From Candidatus Poribacteria bacterium (GTDB lineage: Bacteria; Poribacteria; WGA-4E; WGA-3G): a DNA stretch of 64,000 nucleotides. The stretch lies in the NCBI GenBank assembly GCA_965262955.1, contig CBDHGE010000001.1, forward strand, positions 3,103,637-3,167,636. The letters are read 5' to 3'. This document shows, one piece after another, positions 19,183 through 27,195 of the stretch (position 1 is the stretch's first letter; every line of letters begins with the position of its first letter). Position numbers and translations under genes: made by a program. The notes beneath the pieces were generated by a model. The model had not been told where the DNA came from. It did no database searches and saw only the letters and a list, made by a program, of their open reading frames with translations.

Positions 19183-19539
19183 GTGACAACAGAGAAGACA
19201 ACAAAAGAGATTCTTGGTGGACCCAATGGAACTGCACGTTGTCGTTGTGGTCGACTCCGCTATCCGCGTTATTCCTTGTGTCCCAAATGTTATTACGAAC
19301 GATCTGAACCCTCTCCAAATCCCAAGAAATTGTCCCGTGCCGATCTCCTGAAGATGCAAGCTACAAAACCGATGCCGCTTTCTGATCGACAGGAGCGGAT
19401 CCAATTCTTGGAAAAACGATATGGGGCACAATTGCGGGGACAGGACATCCGTTTTATCAAAACCTCCGAGTCTAAAACCCCCGCATTGATTCGGGGGATA
19501 CAGACTCGCCCTTGTGAATTAGACCACAGTGTGATGTAA
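19183..19539 (+). CDS. Hypothetical small Cys-rich (zinc-ribbon-like) protein
   Basis: GTG at 19183 with GGAGG 7 nt upstream (overlapping the TAA of the upstream gene). CRCGRLRYPRYSLCPKCYYER motif. The ORF track's 19015 start overlaps the upstream gene. No recognisable family. Confidence 0.35.
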   Translation: MTTEKTTKEILGGPNGTARCRCGRLRYPRYSLCPKCYYERSEPSPNPKKLSRADLLKMQATKPMPLSDRQERIQFLEKRYGAQLRGQDIRFIKTSESKTPALIRGIQTRPCELDHSVM

Positions 19540-19560
19540 AAAAAGTTGTTGATTTTTTTT

Positions 19561-20960
19561 TGTAGGTTCTGCTATACTCTTTAGACCAGTTGGCAGACAT
19601 ATCGAGCGTTGTCGCAAGGCAACGTGTCTGCCTACCCACTCGATAGGGGTTAACGGCTGGTAACTGGTACATCTTGAGAACCTACACATACAAAGTTCAG
19701 CACCATAAACGCAACCGTCATTTGCGTTCGGATACGCGTATCATCTCGCAAGTGCATAATCACTTCATAGCGTTGACGCGTCGGCACTACCGGATTTACG
19801 GATGCTGCGCAGGCTATAAGCGTGCGACCTATAACCGATTGAGTCGGCACTTGACGAAGTTGAAGAAACTCGAAAGATATGCTCACTGGCGTATCCCATA
19901 TGCTTGGGCGTTGCAAGAGTGCTTGAAACGTATTGAGTTGGGGTATCTCAACTTCTTTGAGAAGCGTGCCAAGCGTCCGCCGAAGTTCAAGTCGTGGCGA
20001 AACTACCGCTCTATGACCTTCAACGGCAATCAGGTCAAGGTTGAAACCGTATTTGAGAAGGAACGCCACAAGAGACGTGTGCCCGTTGCGAAAATACGCC
20101 TTGCTGGACGGTGGTATCGGTTCTGGTATTCTCGTGAGATAAAAGGTAATATCAAACGTATAACCGCCAAACGTGACGCACTCGGTGATTGGTATATCAG
20201 TATCACAACAGATTATGAAGGACTTACCCCCGAACCCAAGACGGGTGATGCTGCAGGGTTCGACTATGGCAACAAGACCTTTCTGACCTGTTCGGATGGC
20301 ACGAAATACGAATCGCCTGAGTTCTATAAGCAGTCTGCCAAGAAGGTAAAACAAGCCAATCGGGAGTTGTCTCGTAAGGTTAGAGGTAGCAACAATCGCA
20401 AACGTGCGAACAAGCACTATGCCCGAACCCATCGCAAGATTCAGAGACAGCGCGAAGATCACCACTGGAAACTTGCTTTGGAACTTGTCGGCAAGTTTGA
20501 CCTCTGTTTCTTTGAGGACTTGAACCTTGACGGCATGAAACGACTTTGGGGACGCAAGGTCTCTGACCTCGCCTTTGGTGAGTTCCTTGAGAAAATCCGA
20601 TGGCAAGCGAAAAAACGGGGAAAGCGCGTTGAGACGATAGGACGTTGGGAGGCGACAACGCCAGTTTGCCACAACTGCGGGCAAAAGCACCTCTTCATAG
20701 ATTTGAGTGTTCGCGATTGGTTCTGCCATAGTTGTAAAATCCATCATGACCGCGACATAAATGCGGCGATAAATATCCTCAAGGTTGGGGCATCAACCTT
20801 TGGAGGAGAGGGTATCAGACTTGCGATCGCAAGCAACCCTTGTTGATACCAGAATCCACCCGAAACGGGGGACACTTAGAATCCCCCGAATTCATTCGGG
20901 GGAGTATGTCAAGAAGAATTCGCAGCTGTATGCCCTATCAGAGCAGGCGGGCTATCGGCG
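19561..20960 (+). mobile_element. IS200/IS605-family, TnpB-only (IS1341-like) insertion element: structured left end, tnpB, and 3' hairpin-rich right end (probable omega/reRNA scaffold)
   Basis: Nested inverted repeats at 19563..19685 (GTAGGTTCT...AGAACCTAC, GACCAGTTGG...AACTGGTAC, GGCAGACA...TGTCTGCC). tnpB at 19674..20846. Downstream hairpins cccgaaacggggg and cccccgaattcattcggggg at 20855..20915. Exact boundaries not determinable from one copy. Confidence 0.6.
19674..20846 (+). CDS. tnpB: TnpB (IS605 OrfB) RuvC-like RNA-guided nuclease
   Basis: N-terminus MRTYTYKVQHHKRNRHL (TnpB-typical), RuvC blocks, C-terminal zinc finger CHNCGQKHLFIDLSVRDWFCHSCKIHHDRDINAAINI. Confidence 0.9.
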   Translation: MRTYTYKVQHHKRNRHLRSDTRIISQVHNHFIALTRRHYRIYGCCAGYKRATYNRLSRHLTKLKKLERYAHWRIPYAWALQECLKRIELGYLNFFEKRAKRPPKFKSWRNYRSMTFNGNQVKVETVFEKERHKRRVPVAKIRLAGRWYRFWYSREIKGNIKRITAKRDALGDWYISITTDYEGLTPEPKTGDAAGFDYGNKTFLTCSDGTKYESPEFYKQSAKKVKQANRELSRKVRGSNNRKRANKHYARTHRKIQRQREDHHWKLALELVGKFDLCFFEDLNLDGMKRLWGRKVSDLAFGEFLEKIRWQAKKRGKRVETIGRWEATTPVCHNCGQKHLFIDLSVRDWFCHSCKIHHDRDINAAINILKVGASTFGGEGIRLAIASNPC

Positions 20961-21074
20961 TCGATGAATTTATATATCAGACGCGTAATTTGGCATTTGT
21001 GAAAAAAAATGTTGCGAAAAAAAAGCATATCCGTTAAAATATTATAGACAACTAATTATTCAAGGAGGTTACCC

Positions 21075-21470
21075 ATGCATATCGCGAGATTATCGCTCAT
21101 TTGCCTTGTTGCCCTTGTATTCATGGTAGGGTGTGGTATGCTCGGAGAGAAAGCAGAGATGTCCGAGACTGCAGCCACTTCTGATTCCGCGGGAAAAACC
21201 GTAATGGAATCTGAAGCCAAAGACATGGCGAAATCCATGGAAAAAGCCGCCGTTGAAGAGATTACACTGAATGTCACAGGCATGACATGAGGCGCGTGTA
21301 CCAGTAAAGTGCAGGATGCACTTAGCAAGGTCACAGGCGTTTCCGAAGTGGTGAGCGTCTCTTCAGATACCAATACGGCTGTTGTGAAGGTTGAGAAGGG
21401 TAAAGTTACCACTGATGCCCTTACCGAAGCAGTTTCAGGTGCTGGTTTTAGTGCCGAAGCCGCTCAATAA
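21075..21470 (+). CDS. Selenocysteine-containing heavy-metal-associated (HMA; CopZ/MerP-like) lipoprotein, copy 1. UGA at 21288..21290 read as Sec.
   Basis: ORF track stops at TGA after ...EEITLNVTGMT. Continuing in frame gives U-GACTSKVQDALSKVTGVSEVVSVSSDTNTAVVKVEKGKVTTDALTEAVSGAGFSAEAAQ* (TAA 21468..21470), i.e. the HMA G-M-T-C-x-x-C site with U as first ligand. Lipobox FMVGCG. AAGGAGG RBS. SECIS-like hairpin 16 nt 3' of the UGA. Confidence 0.7.
21307..21323 (+). promoter_or_regulatory. Candidate SECIS hairpin for HMA-Sec copy 1 (AAGUGCA-GGA-UGCACUU)
   Basis: 7-bp perfect stem with GGA apical loop, read directly. Confidence 0.5.
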
Positions 21471-21482
21471 GGCTTAATAGGA

Positions 21483-21509
21483 GGGTGGGTTTACCCACCC
21501 TTTCTTTCT
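21483..21509 (+). terminator. Rho-independent terminator after HMA-Sec copy 1 (GGGTGGG-tta-CCCACCC + TTTCTTTCT)
   Basis: GC-rich hairpin followed by a T-rich tract. Confidence 0.6.
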
Positions 21510-21584
21510 ATATAACAAGTTGCAAGCCCCAATATAAGAGTCCGCGATCTTCAGGTCGCTACTACAAATAAGAGGTATAAACGC

Positions 21585-21944
21585 ATGCGTCACTTAAACG
21601 TGAGGGTAGTATTTGTCTGCCTTGCGGCACTTCTACTTGTGATTGCGTGTGCAGACACGCAAAAGAAGACAACTGAAGCACCAAGCCAAACGGCAGAAAC
21701 ACCAAGTCAAACGGCAGAGGTCGCCGTTGAGGAAGTGACACTCGCCGTGACTGGCATGACATGAGGTGCGTGTACCAGCAAAGTGCAGGATGCACTCACA
21801 CAGGTTACCGGTGTCTCTGAGGTTGTCAGTGTTTCTATGGAAGAGAATAAGGCTGTCGTAAAGATTGAGAAGGGCAAGGTTGAAAAAGACGCGCTCGTGA
21901 AGGCGGTTACAGACGTCGGATTTAGCGCACAAGTTGCCAACTAA
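21585..21944 (+). CDS. Selenocysteine-containing HMA (CopZ/MerP-like) lipoprotein, copy 2. UGA at 21762..21764 read as Sec.
   Basis: ATG 21585 (AAGAGG RBS): MRHLNVRVVFVCLAALLLVIACADTQKK...EEVTLAVTGMT-U-GACTSKVQDALTQVTGVSEVVSVSMEENKAVVKIEKGKVEKDALVKAVTDVGFSAQVAN* (TAA 21942..21944). Not in the ORF track at all. Same UGA position and same downstream hairpin (AGUGCA-GGA-UGCACU, 21782..21796) as copy 1. Confidence 0.7.
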
Positions 21945-21957
21945 GCTTGAGTCCGCA

Positions 21958-21984
21958 GGGCGAGGTTGACTCGCCCTTTTTTCT
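21958..21984 (+). terminator. Rho-independent terminator after HMA-Sec copy 2 (GGGCGAG-gttga-CTCGCCC + TTTTTTCT)
   Basis: Canonical hairpin plus T-run. Confidence 0.7.
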
Positions 21985-22074
21985 ATTATACAAACGAATT
22001 CATAATGATAATGCGAGGTCCCTGCACCTCGCATTTTTATTGTCTACAAGAATTTAGAGATTGTGGTGTTCAAC

Positions 22075-22983
22075 CTACTGCTTCTTCGCGTAAAGCGGGT
22101 CGTCAAGCAGAGATTGCACTTCGTAGATTGAACCTTTTAGTTCTGCGTAAGGTTCCGGCATACGAACAGGTGCAGCGACCATACGTGGCTCATTCGTCGA
22201 TTCGCCACGGATGATGCAGTTGTTGAAAGTCTCCCAATCTGGAATGCCTTTTAGGGGCCAGGCATCTACCGCACAGTACTGGGCAAGCATTAATCGGCGC
22301 GGTTTGCTGGAGGTGTTCGGGGCAGAACCGTGCAACGCTCGGACATGATGGATCGTGATCCCACCCGCCTTCAACTCAACAGGGACAGCACCTTCTGGTG
22401 TGAAATTGGGATCTGTTACTGCACCAATAAACGCTCCGTTCTGATGGTGATCTAAAGTCGGTCCCTTGTGGGAGCCAGGAAGTATCATCAATGCACCGTT
22501 TTCCACGGTCATATCATCAATCACCACACCGACTGCGAGTAAATCGTCGTTAGTGTGCGGGTAGAATGCCCAGTCCTGATGCCATTCAACAGGACTCCCA
22601 AACTCCGGATACTTCATGTTCAATTTATGTCCATTATACCGAACCCCCGGTCCAATGAGCTGCTCCACAATGTCCAAGATTCTGGGATGTCGTAAAGCGT
22701 AATCGTAAACGACGTGGTGTAGTCCCGGATTTTTGATGCGTCGGACGCGTGGATTAGCAGGAGAATGCCCTGGCTCGAGATCAAAGATGTCAGTATGTTC
22801 CGTAACTTCTCTCGATTTTTCGACAAATTCATTGGTGACGCGTTGGAGATCCGCGACCTCTTCTGCTGTTAGGACTGCCTCAACGCCGAGATAACCGTTT
22901 TCACCATAAAAGTCAAGTTGTTCTTGCGTGAGCATTGGTTCGTCAACTCCTCTTAGCGAAATGATACTGTTATTATACGTCAA
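22075..22983 (-). CDS. PhyH-family Fe(II)/2OG dioxygenase
   Basis: WHQDWAFYPHTNDD...ALMILPGSHKGP...ITIHHVRALHGSAPN. Confidence 0.85.
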   Translation of the reverse strand: MTYNNSIISLRGVDEPMLTQEQLDFYGENGYLGVEAVLTAEEVADLQRVTNEFVEKSREVTEHTDIFDLEPGHSPANPRVRRIKNPGLHHVVYDYALRHPRILDIVEQLIGPGVRYNGHKLNMKYPEFGSPVEWHQDWAFYPHTNDDLLAVGVVIDDMTVENGALMILPGSHKGPTLDHHQNGAFIGAVTDPNFTPEGAVPVELKAGGITIHHVRALHGSAPNTSSKPRRLMLAQYCAVDAWPLKGIPDWETFNNCIIRGESTNEPRMVAAPVRMPEPYAELKGSIYEVQSLLDDPLYAKKQ

Positions 22984-22996
22984 TCCGTTAAAAATT

Positions 22997-24088
22997 TCAA
23001 CCTTTTAACAATTTCTTATAAATGTCCTCTACCTTTTGGACGTGTGTTTCAACACCGAACGCCTCTTCAGCACGTTTTCTCGCCCGTTGTCCCATGCGTC
23101 TGTTTTGTTTCGGATCCGAGGCAAGTTCCATAATCTTCTTTGCTATATCTTCCATACACTCTGACTGCATAATGTATCCCGTTACACCGTGAACAATCAT
23201 TTCAGCGGTACTACCGACTGGGGTACCAATAACGGGTTTACCAGCCGCCATCGCCTCCGCAATGACACTCCCCGCTGAAAGCGTTACAAGCAAGTCGAGT
23301 TCTTGCATTGCTTTGGGCATATCGGTACGGTGTCCTGTGAAGTGGACGACCTCTTGTAACCGATGTTTCGCTATCAACTGATGTACTTCCCGCGCATAGG
23401 CACGATGTTCTGCCGTATCGAGTACGCCACCGATGATGTGAAATTTGACCTTCTTGTTCTGTGTTGCGACCTTAGCGGCTATCTCAACAAACACTTTTTG
23501 GCGTTTGAAGGGTTCAATTCTGCCTACGATACCGACAACATATTCCTTCGAGTCCGTTGGTCCAGGAACGGGTTGAAAAGCCGATAAGTCAACACAGTTT
23601 AAGACAACATCAATCTTTTCAGCATCAATCCCTGCTTGAATCAAAGGAGTTTTACTCTGTTCCGAGATAACAATAGTCCTGTCCATCTGGTCAAACCTAT
23701 ATTTTCGCACTTGGGAGAGCGTGAGCAGCGTCCGCACGTGTGAAATGACAGGAATTTTCAGCTGCTCTCTAATATGCCGTAAGTACGGGTTAAACCAAGA
23801 ATCAGAAGTATGGATTAGCTGCGCGTTATGTGCCTTAGCGAGTGCAGTTAACTTTTTCGCAGCACTGTGCCTCGCTATCAACGATTTCACTTTTCGCCAC
23901 GGAGGAAGATTGAGTATCGCTGTGGGAATAGCAGCACACCTTAAATGCTCAGCGAAAACGCCATCATCAGGGCAAACGACAAGCGGTTGATAATGCTTTT
24001 GATTGATATTGGTAACGAGATATGCGAGTTGCTTTTCACCCCCGCCGATGCTCGAACCGCAATGGCTGAGGTAGAGTATCGGAACCAT
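22997..24088 (-). CDS. Glycosyltransferase family 4 (GT-B fold, group 1)
   Basis: VGRIEPFKRQKVFVEIAAKV..., GSVIAEAMAAGKPVIGTPVGSTAEMIVHGVTGY (EX7E-type C-terminal domain). Confidence 0.8.
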   Translation of the reverse strand: MVPILYLSHCGSSIGGGEKQLAYLVTNINQKHYQPLVVCPDDGVFAEHLRCAAIPTAILNLPPWRKVKSLIARHSAAKKLTALAKAHNAQLIHTSDSWFNPYLRHIREQLKIPVISHVRTLLTLSQVRKYRFDQMDRTIVISEQSKTPLIQAGIDAEKIDVVLNCVDLSAFQPVPGPTDSKEYVVGIVGRIEPFKRQKVFVEIAAKVATQNKKVKFHIIGGVLDTAEHRAYAREVHQLIAKHRLQEVVHFTGHRTDMPKAMQELDLLVTLSAGSVIAEAMAAGKPVIGTPVGSTAEMIVHGVTGYIMQSECMEDIAKKIMELASDPKQNRRMGQRARKRAEEAFGVETHVQKVEDIYKKLLKG

Positions 24089-24121
24089 CTATTTTTGTCA
24101 GTATGGGTGACTGTCCCGTAA

Positions 24122-25117
24122 TTATACTGGAAAATTGAGCTGCTGATCCCGGAAAACTTGGCTGACTGATCGGTGCTGGTGGACTCTCAATATGGCTTCG
24201 GAAAGAAGTGGCGCGATAGAAAGCACCTTAATTTTTCCATCTAACTGCTTTTCCGCTGGCACAGGGATTGTGTTGGTGGTGACCACCTCGCGAATTGCTG
24301 GATGACTGAGGCGTTCCAACGCCGGCCCAACTAATATGGGATGCGCGATACTCACGTAAGCAGGTTCTGCACCAGCCTCCGCCAACGCTATGGCTTGTTG
24401 ACGAATAGTGCCTCCTGTCTGTATTTCATCGTCAGTGATAATAGGGGTCTTACCCCTGACATCCCCAACAAGTTCGACGAATTTAATGCTCTGTCCATCA
24501 ACGCCTGTTCGCCGCTTGTGCATAATGGCTAACGGAAGTCCGAGAATATCAGCATATTTTTCTGCTAATTTGGCGCGGCCTGCATCAGGGGCAACGATTA
24601 CGCCATTTTCGACCTGCTTCTCGCGGAAGTAATTGGTCAAGGTCGTTAGGGCAGTCAAGTGATCCATAGGGATGTCGAAAAAGCCTTGTATCTGCGGAAC
24701 GTGTAAATCGATAGCCATGACGCGACTTGCACCAGCCGTGGTCAAGAGGTTGGCTACAAGTTTCGCGCTAATCGGTTCTCGCCCTGTCGTTTTATGATCT
24801 TGACGCGAATACCCAAAATACGGAATGATGGCAGTAATCTGACGGGCTGATGCACGTTTCATCGCGTCAATCGTGATCAGCAGTTCCATCAGGTTTTCGT
24901 TGGCAGGTTGACTTGTTGGCTGCACGACATAAATGTCCGTGCCTCGGATACTTTCCTCAATCTGAATCCGAGTTTCATCGTTAGGAAATGGACCGATCGT
25001 AATTTTACCGAGTTCAACGCCTAAAATCGCACCGATTTCTTTCGCCAACGCCGGATTCGCGCTCCCAGCGAATAGCCTGAAATCCCTACGCACTTGCTGA
25101 TCCATCGGTGTAGACAT
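24122..25117 (-). CDS. prs: Ribose-phosphate pyrophosphokinase (PRPP synthetase)
   Basis: LFAGSANPALAKEIGAILGVELGKITIGPFPNDETRIQIEESIRGTDIYVVQPTS, PRPP-binding loop VIVAPDAGRAKLA, DDEIQTGGT. Confidence 0.9.
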   Translation of the reverse strand: MSTPMDQQVRRDFRLFAGSANPALAKEIGAILGVELGKITIGPFPNDETRIQIEESIRGTDIYVVQPTSQPANENLMELLITIDAMKRASARQITAIIPYFGYSRQDHKTTGREPISAKLVANLLTTAGASRVMAIDLHVPQIQGFFDIPMDHLTALTTLTNYFREKQVENGVIVAPDAGRAKLAEKYADILGLPLAIMHKRRTGVDGQSIKFVELVGDVRGKTPIITDDEIQTGGTIRQQAIALAEAGAEPAYVSIAHPILVGPALERLSHPAIREVVTTNTIPVPAEKQLDGKIKVLSIAPLLSEAILRVHQHRSVSQVFRDQQLNFPV

Positions 25118-25217
25118 GCCAAATCCTCCTTATATGAAGTTAAATATATTTGTCACATACTACTTTACTAAAATAGGAAACTGTAAATCCTGCACCTGCT
25201 GCCGTACCTTATGTATT

Positions 25218-25529
25218 TTAAGAACTAAGAACCGTCCATAGGAAAATTAGAGCGAAAGCAAGTGCAAGGCCAATTACGGAATGACGTACCTGAACGCTTC
25301 GACTATGTGCTTTGTAATAATCTGTATAGAGGGCTGCATATTCCGGTGATTTCTCGAGTAACCGTGAAGCAGGCGGAGTCGGCTCATGGACAGAAGCGAT
25401 AAGGATTCCGAGTATATTTCCAAAAAAACCGATAAGAACCCAGCGGATCTTTCTGGCATCGGATCCCGCATCTTCTTCAGCCATCGCGTTGATTTCCGCT
25501 GTAACAGGATGCTGTTGATAGTCATTCAT
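25218..25529 (-). CDS. Hypothetical small two-TM membrane protein
   Basis: Two hydrophobic segments (WVLIGFFGNILGILIASV; VIGLALAFALIFLWTV). No family recognised. Confidence 0.3.
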   Translation of the reverse strand: MNDYQQHPVTAEINAMAEEDAGSDARKIRWVLIGFFGNILGILIASVHEPTPPASRLLEKSPEYAALYTDYYKAHSRSVQVRHSVIGLALAFALIFLWTVLSS

Positions 25530-25561
25530 TATAGAAATCTTTTTTCACACATTCTGATATT

Positions 25562-27184
25562 CTAAAAAATAAGCGATTCACCGGTTATCTCAGGCGGTTG
25601 TGCTAAACCGAGTAGGTGAAGTGCTGTCGGGGCAATATCGGCAAGTCTTCCGTCCGTACGGAGTTGTTGCCCTCTGAGTTGGTTATCGACAAGGATGAGA
25701 TCCACATCGTACGTGGTATGTGCAGTGTGAATCCCACCGGTTTCAGGATCGATCATCTGCTCACAGTTACCGTGGTCGGCAGTGACAATGAGCGCACCGT
25801 CCTTTCTAAGCACGGCATCAACGATTTTTCCTACACCGGCATCAACCGCCTCAACTGCTTTAATAGCCGCTGGAAGCGAACCTGTATGACCCACCATGTC
25901 ACCATTAGCATAATTGAGAACCATCAAGTCATATTTGTCGGAGCCGATCCGACGCAGCATCTCTGCTGTTACACCAGGTGCGGACATCTCCGGTTTCTGA
26001 TCGTAGGTAGTCACGTCACGTGGAGAGGCGATAATTTGTCGATCTTCGCCTTCATAGGGTTCATCTCGGTAGTCGTTGAAAAAAAAGGTTACGTGTGGAA
26101 ATTTTTCGGTCTCTGCACATCGGAATTGTGTTAAGCCTGACTGACTGACATAAGCACCAAGCGTGTTTTTCATTTTGGGAGGTTTTTTGACAGCCGCTTC
26201 AACGGGCATTCCTTGCTCGTACTCCGTCATTGTTACAAATTTAACGTCAAGTTTGCAATTCCGTTTAAAACCCATTTGTCGCACAACACCATCTTTTCCT
26301 TCTGCCTCAAACGGGAATTCATCCAAGCAAAAGGCTTTGGTAAGTTCACGCGGTCGGTCGCCTCGGAAATTATAGAAAACAACAGCATCTCCATCGGTAA
26401 TGCGAGGAAGTGGTTTGCCGTCACTCCCAACAACGACACTTGGGCGCACAAACTCGTCACCCTTGCGGTTATCGTCATCGGGATTGTCGTAATAGGCACG
26501 ATAGGCATCTGCAGCAGCGGAAACGTAGTTATCAACGCCTTCAGTTAAAAGGCGATATGCTACTTCAACGCGTTCCCAACGGTCGTCCCTGTCCATCGCA
26601 TAGTAGCGACCGATAACAGATGCGATCTGTCCGATGCCGATCTCTTTCAACTTCGCTTCAATTTGTTCACAGAATTGAATTCCGAGGTCGGGCTGGCAAT
26701 CACGTCCGTCGCTGAAATTGTGAATCAAAACTTGGTCAGGCTTTAGTCCATTCGCCTTGGCAAGTCTGAGGAGTCCATAGAGGTGCTCAAGTGAGCTATG
26801 AACACCAGCGTCACTTGCCAATCCCATGAGATGGAGATGTGTTCCATGCGTTTTAACGTGAGCAATCGCATTTAAAAGGACTTCGTTCTGGTCAAACTCG
26901 CCGGAGCGGATCATTGTGCTGATACGGAGGAGTTCTTGATTCACGATGCGCCCTGCACCGATGTTCTGATGACCGACTTCACTGTTGCCGATAACCCCAG
27001 CGGGTAAACCGACATCTTCGCCAGAGGTGTGGATTTGAACGTGTGGATAGTTCTGCAGAAGCCAATCATCTGCAGGAGTCTTTGCGAGATGAACGGCATT
27101 CGCATGCTGAAATTCGGGATACGGGTTATTGCCCCAGCCGTCTCGGATGATGAGAACGACGGGGCGTTTCTGTTCGGTTGTCAT
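25562..27184 (-). CDS. gpmI: 2,3-bisphosphoglycerate-independent phosphoglycerate mutase
   Basis: VVLIIRDGWGNNP, catalytic region, LIVTADHGNCEQM. Start taken at MTTEQKRP (27184) to avoid overlap with the LamG-4 stop. Confidence 0.85.
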   Translation of the reverse strand: MTTEQKRPVVLIIRDGWGNNPYPEFQHANAVHLAKTPADDWLLQNYPHVQIHTSGEDVGLPAGVIGNSEVGHQNIGAGRIVNQELLRISTMIRSGEFDQNEVLLNAIAHVKTHGTHLHLMGLASDAGVHSSLEHLYGLLRLAKANGLKPDQVLIHNFSDGRDCQPDLGIQFCEQIEAKLKEIGIGQIASVIGRYYAMDRDDRWERVEVAYRLLTEGVDNYVSAAADAYRAYYDNPDDDNRKGDEFVRPSVVVGSDGKPLPRITDGDAVVFYNFRGDRPRELTKAFCLDEFPFEAEGKDGVVRQMGFKRNCKLDVKFVTMTEYEQGMPVEAAVKKPPKMKNTLGAYVSQSGLTQFRCAETEKFPHVTFFFNDYRDEPYEGEDRQIIASPRDVTTYDQKPEMSAPGVTAEMLRRIGSDKYDLMVLNYANGDMVGHTGSLPAAIKAVEAVDAGVGKIVDAVLRKDGALIVTADHGNCEQMIDPETGGIHTAHTTYDVDLILVDNQLRGQQLRTDGRLADIAPTALHLLGLAQPPEITGESLIF

Positions 27185-27195
27185 GCAAAATCCTT

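Noticed and set aside
19650-20747. 365-aa ORF on the minus strand
   Set aside because: Lies entirely antisense to the well-supported tnpB gene and has no recognisable motifs; shadow ORF.
21288-21290. Treating the TGA after ...GMT as a genuine stop, giving a 71-aa lipoprotein plus a separate downstream gene
   Set aside because: The downstream in-frame sequence completes the HMA fold exactly, there is no start codon or RBS for a separate gene, and the paralog has TGA plus hairpin at the identical position; Sec read-through is more parsimonious.
26163-26616. Several 60-110-aa ORFs inside gpmI on both strands
   Set aside because: All overlap the strongly supported gpmI reading frame; shadow ORFs.
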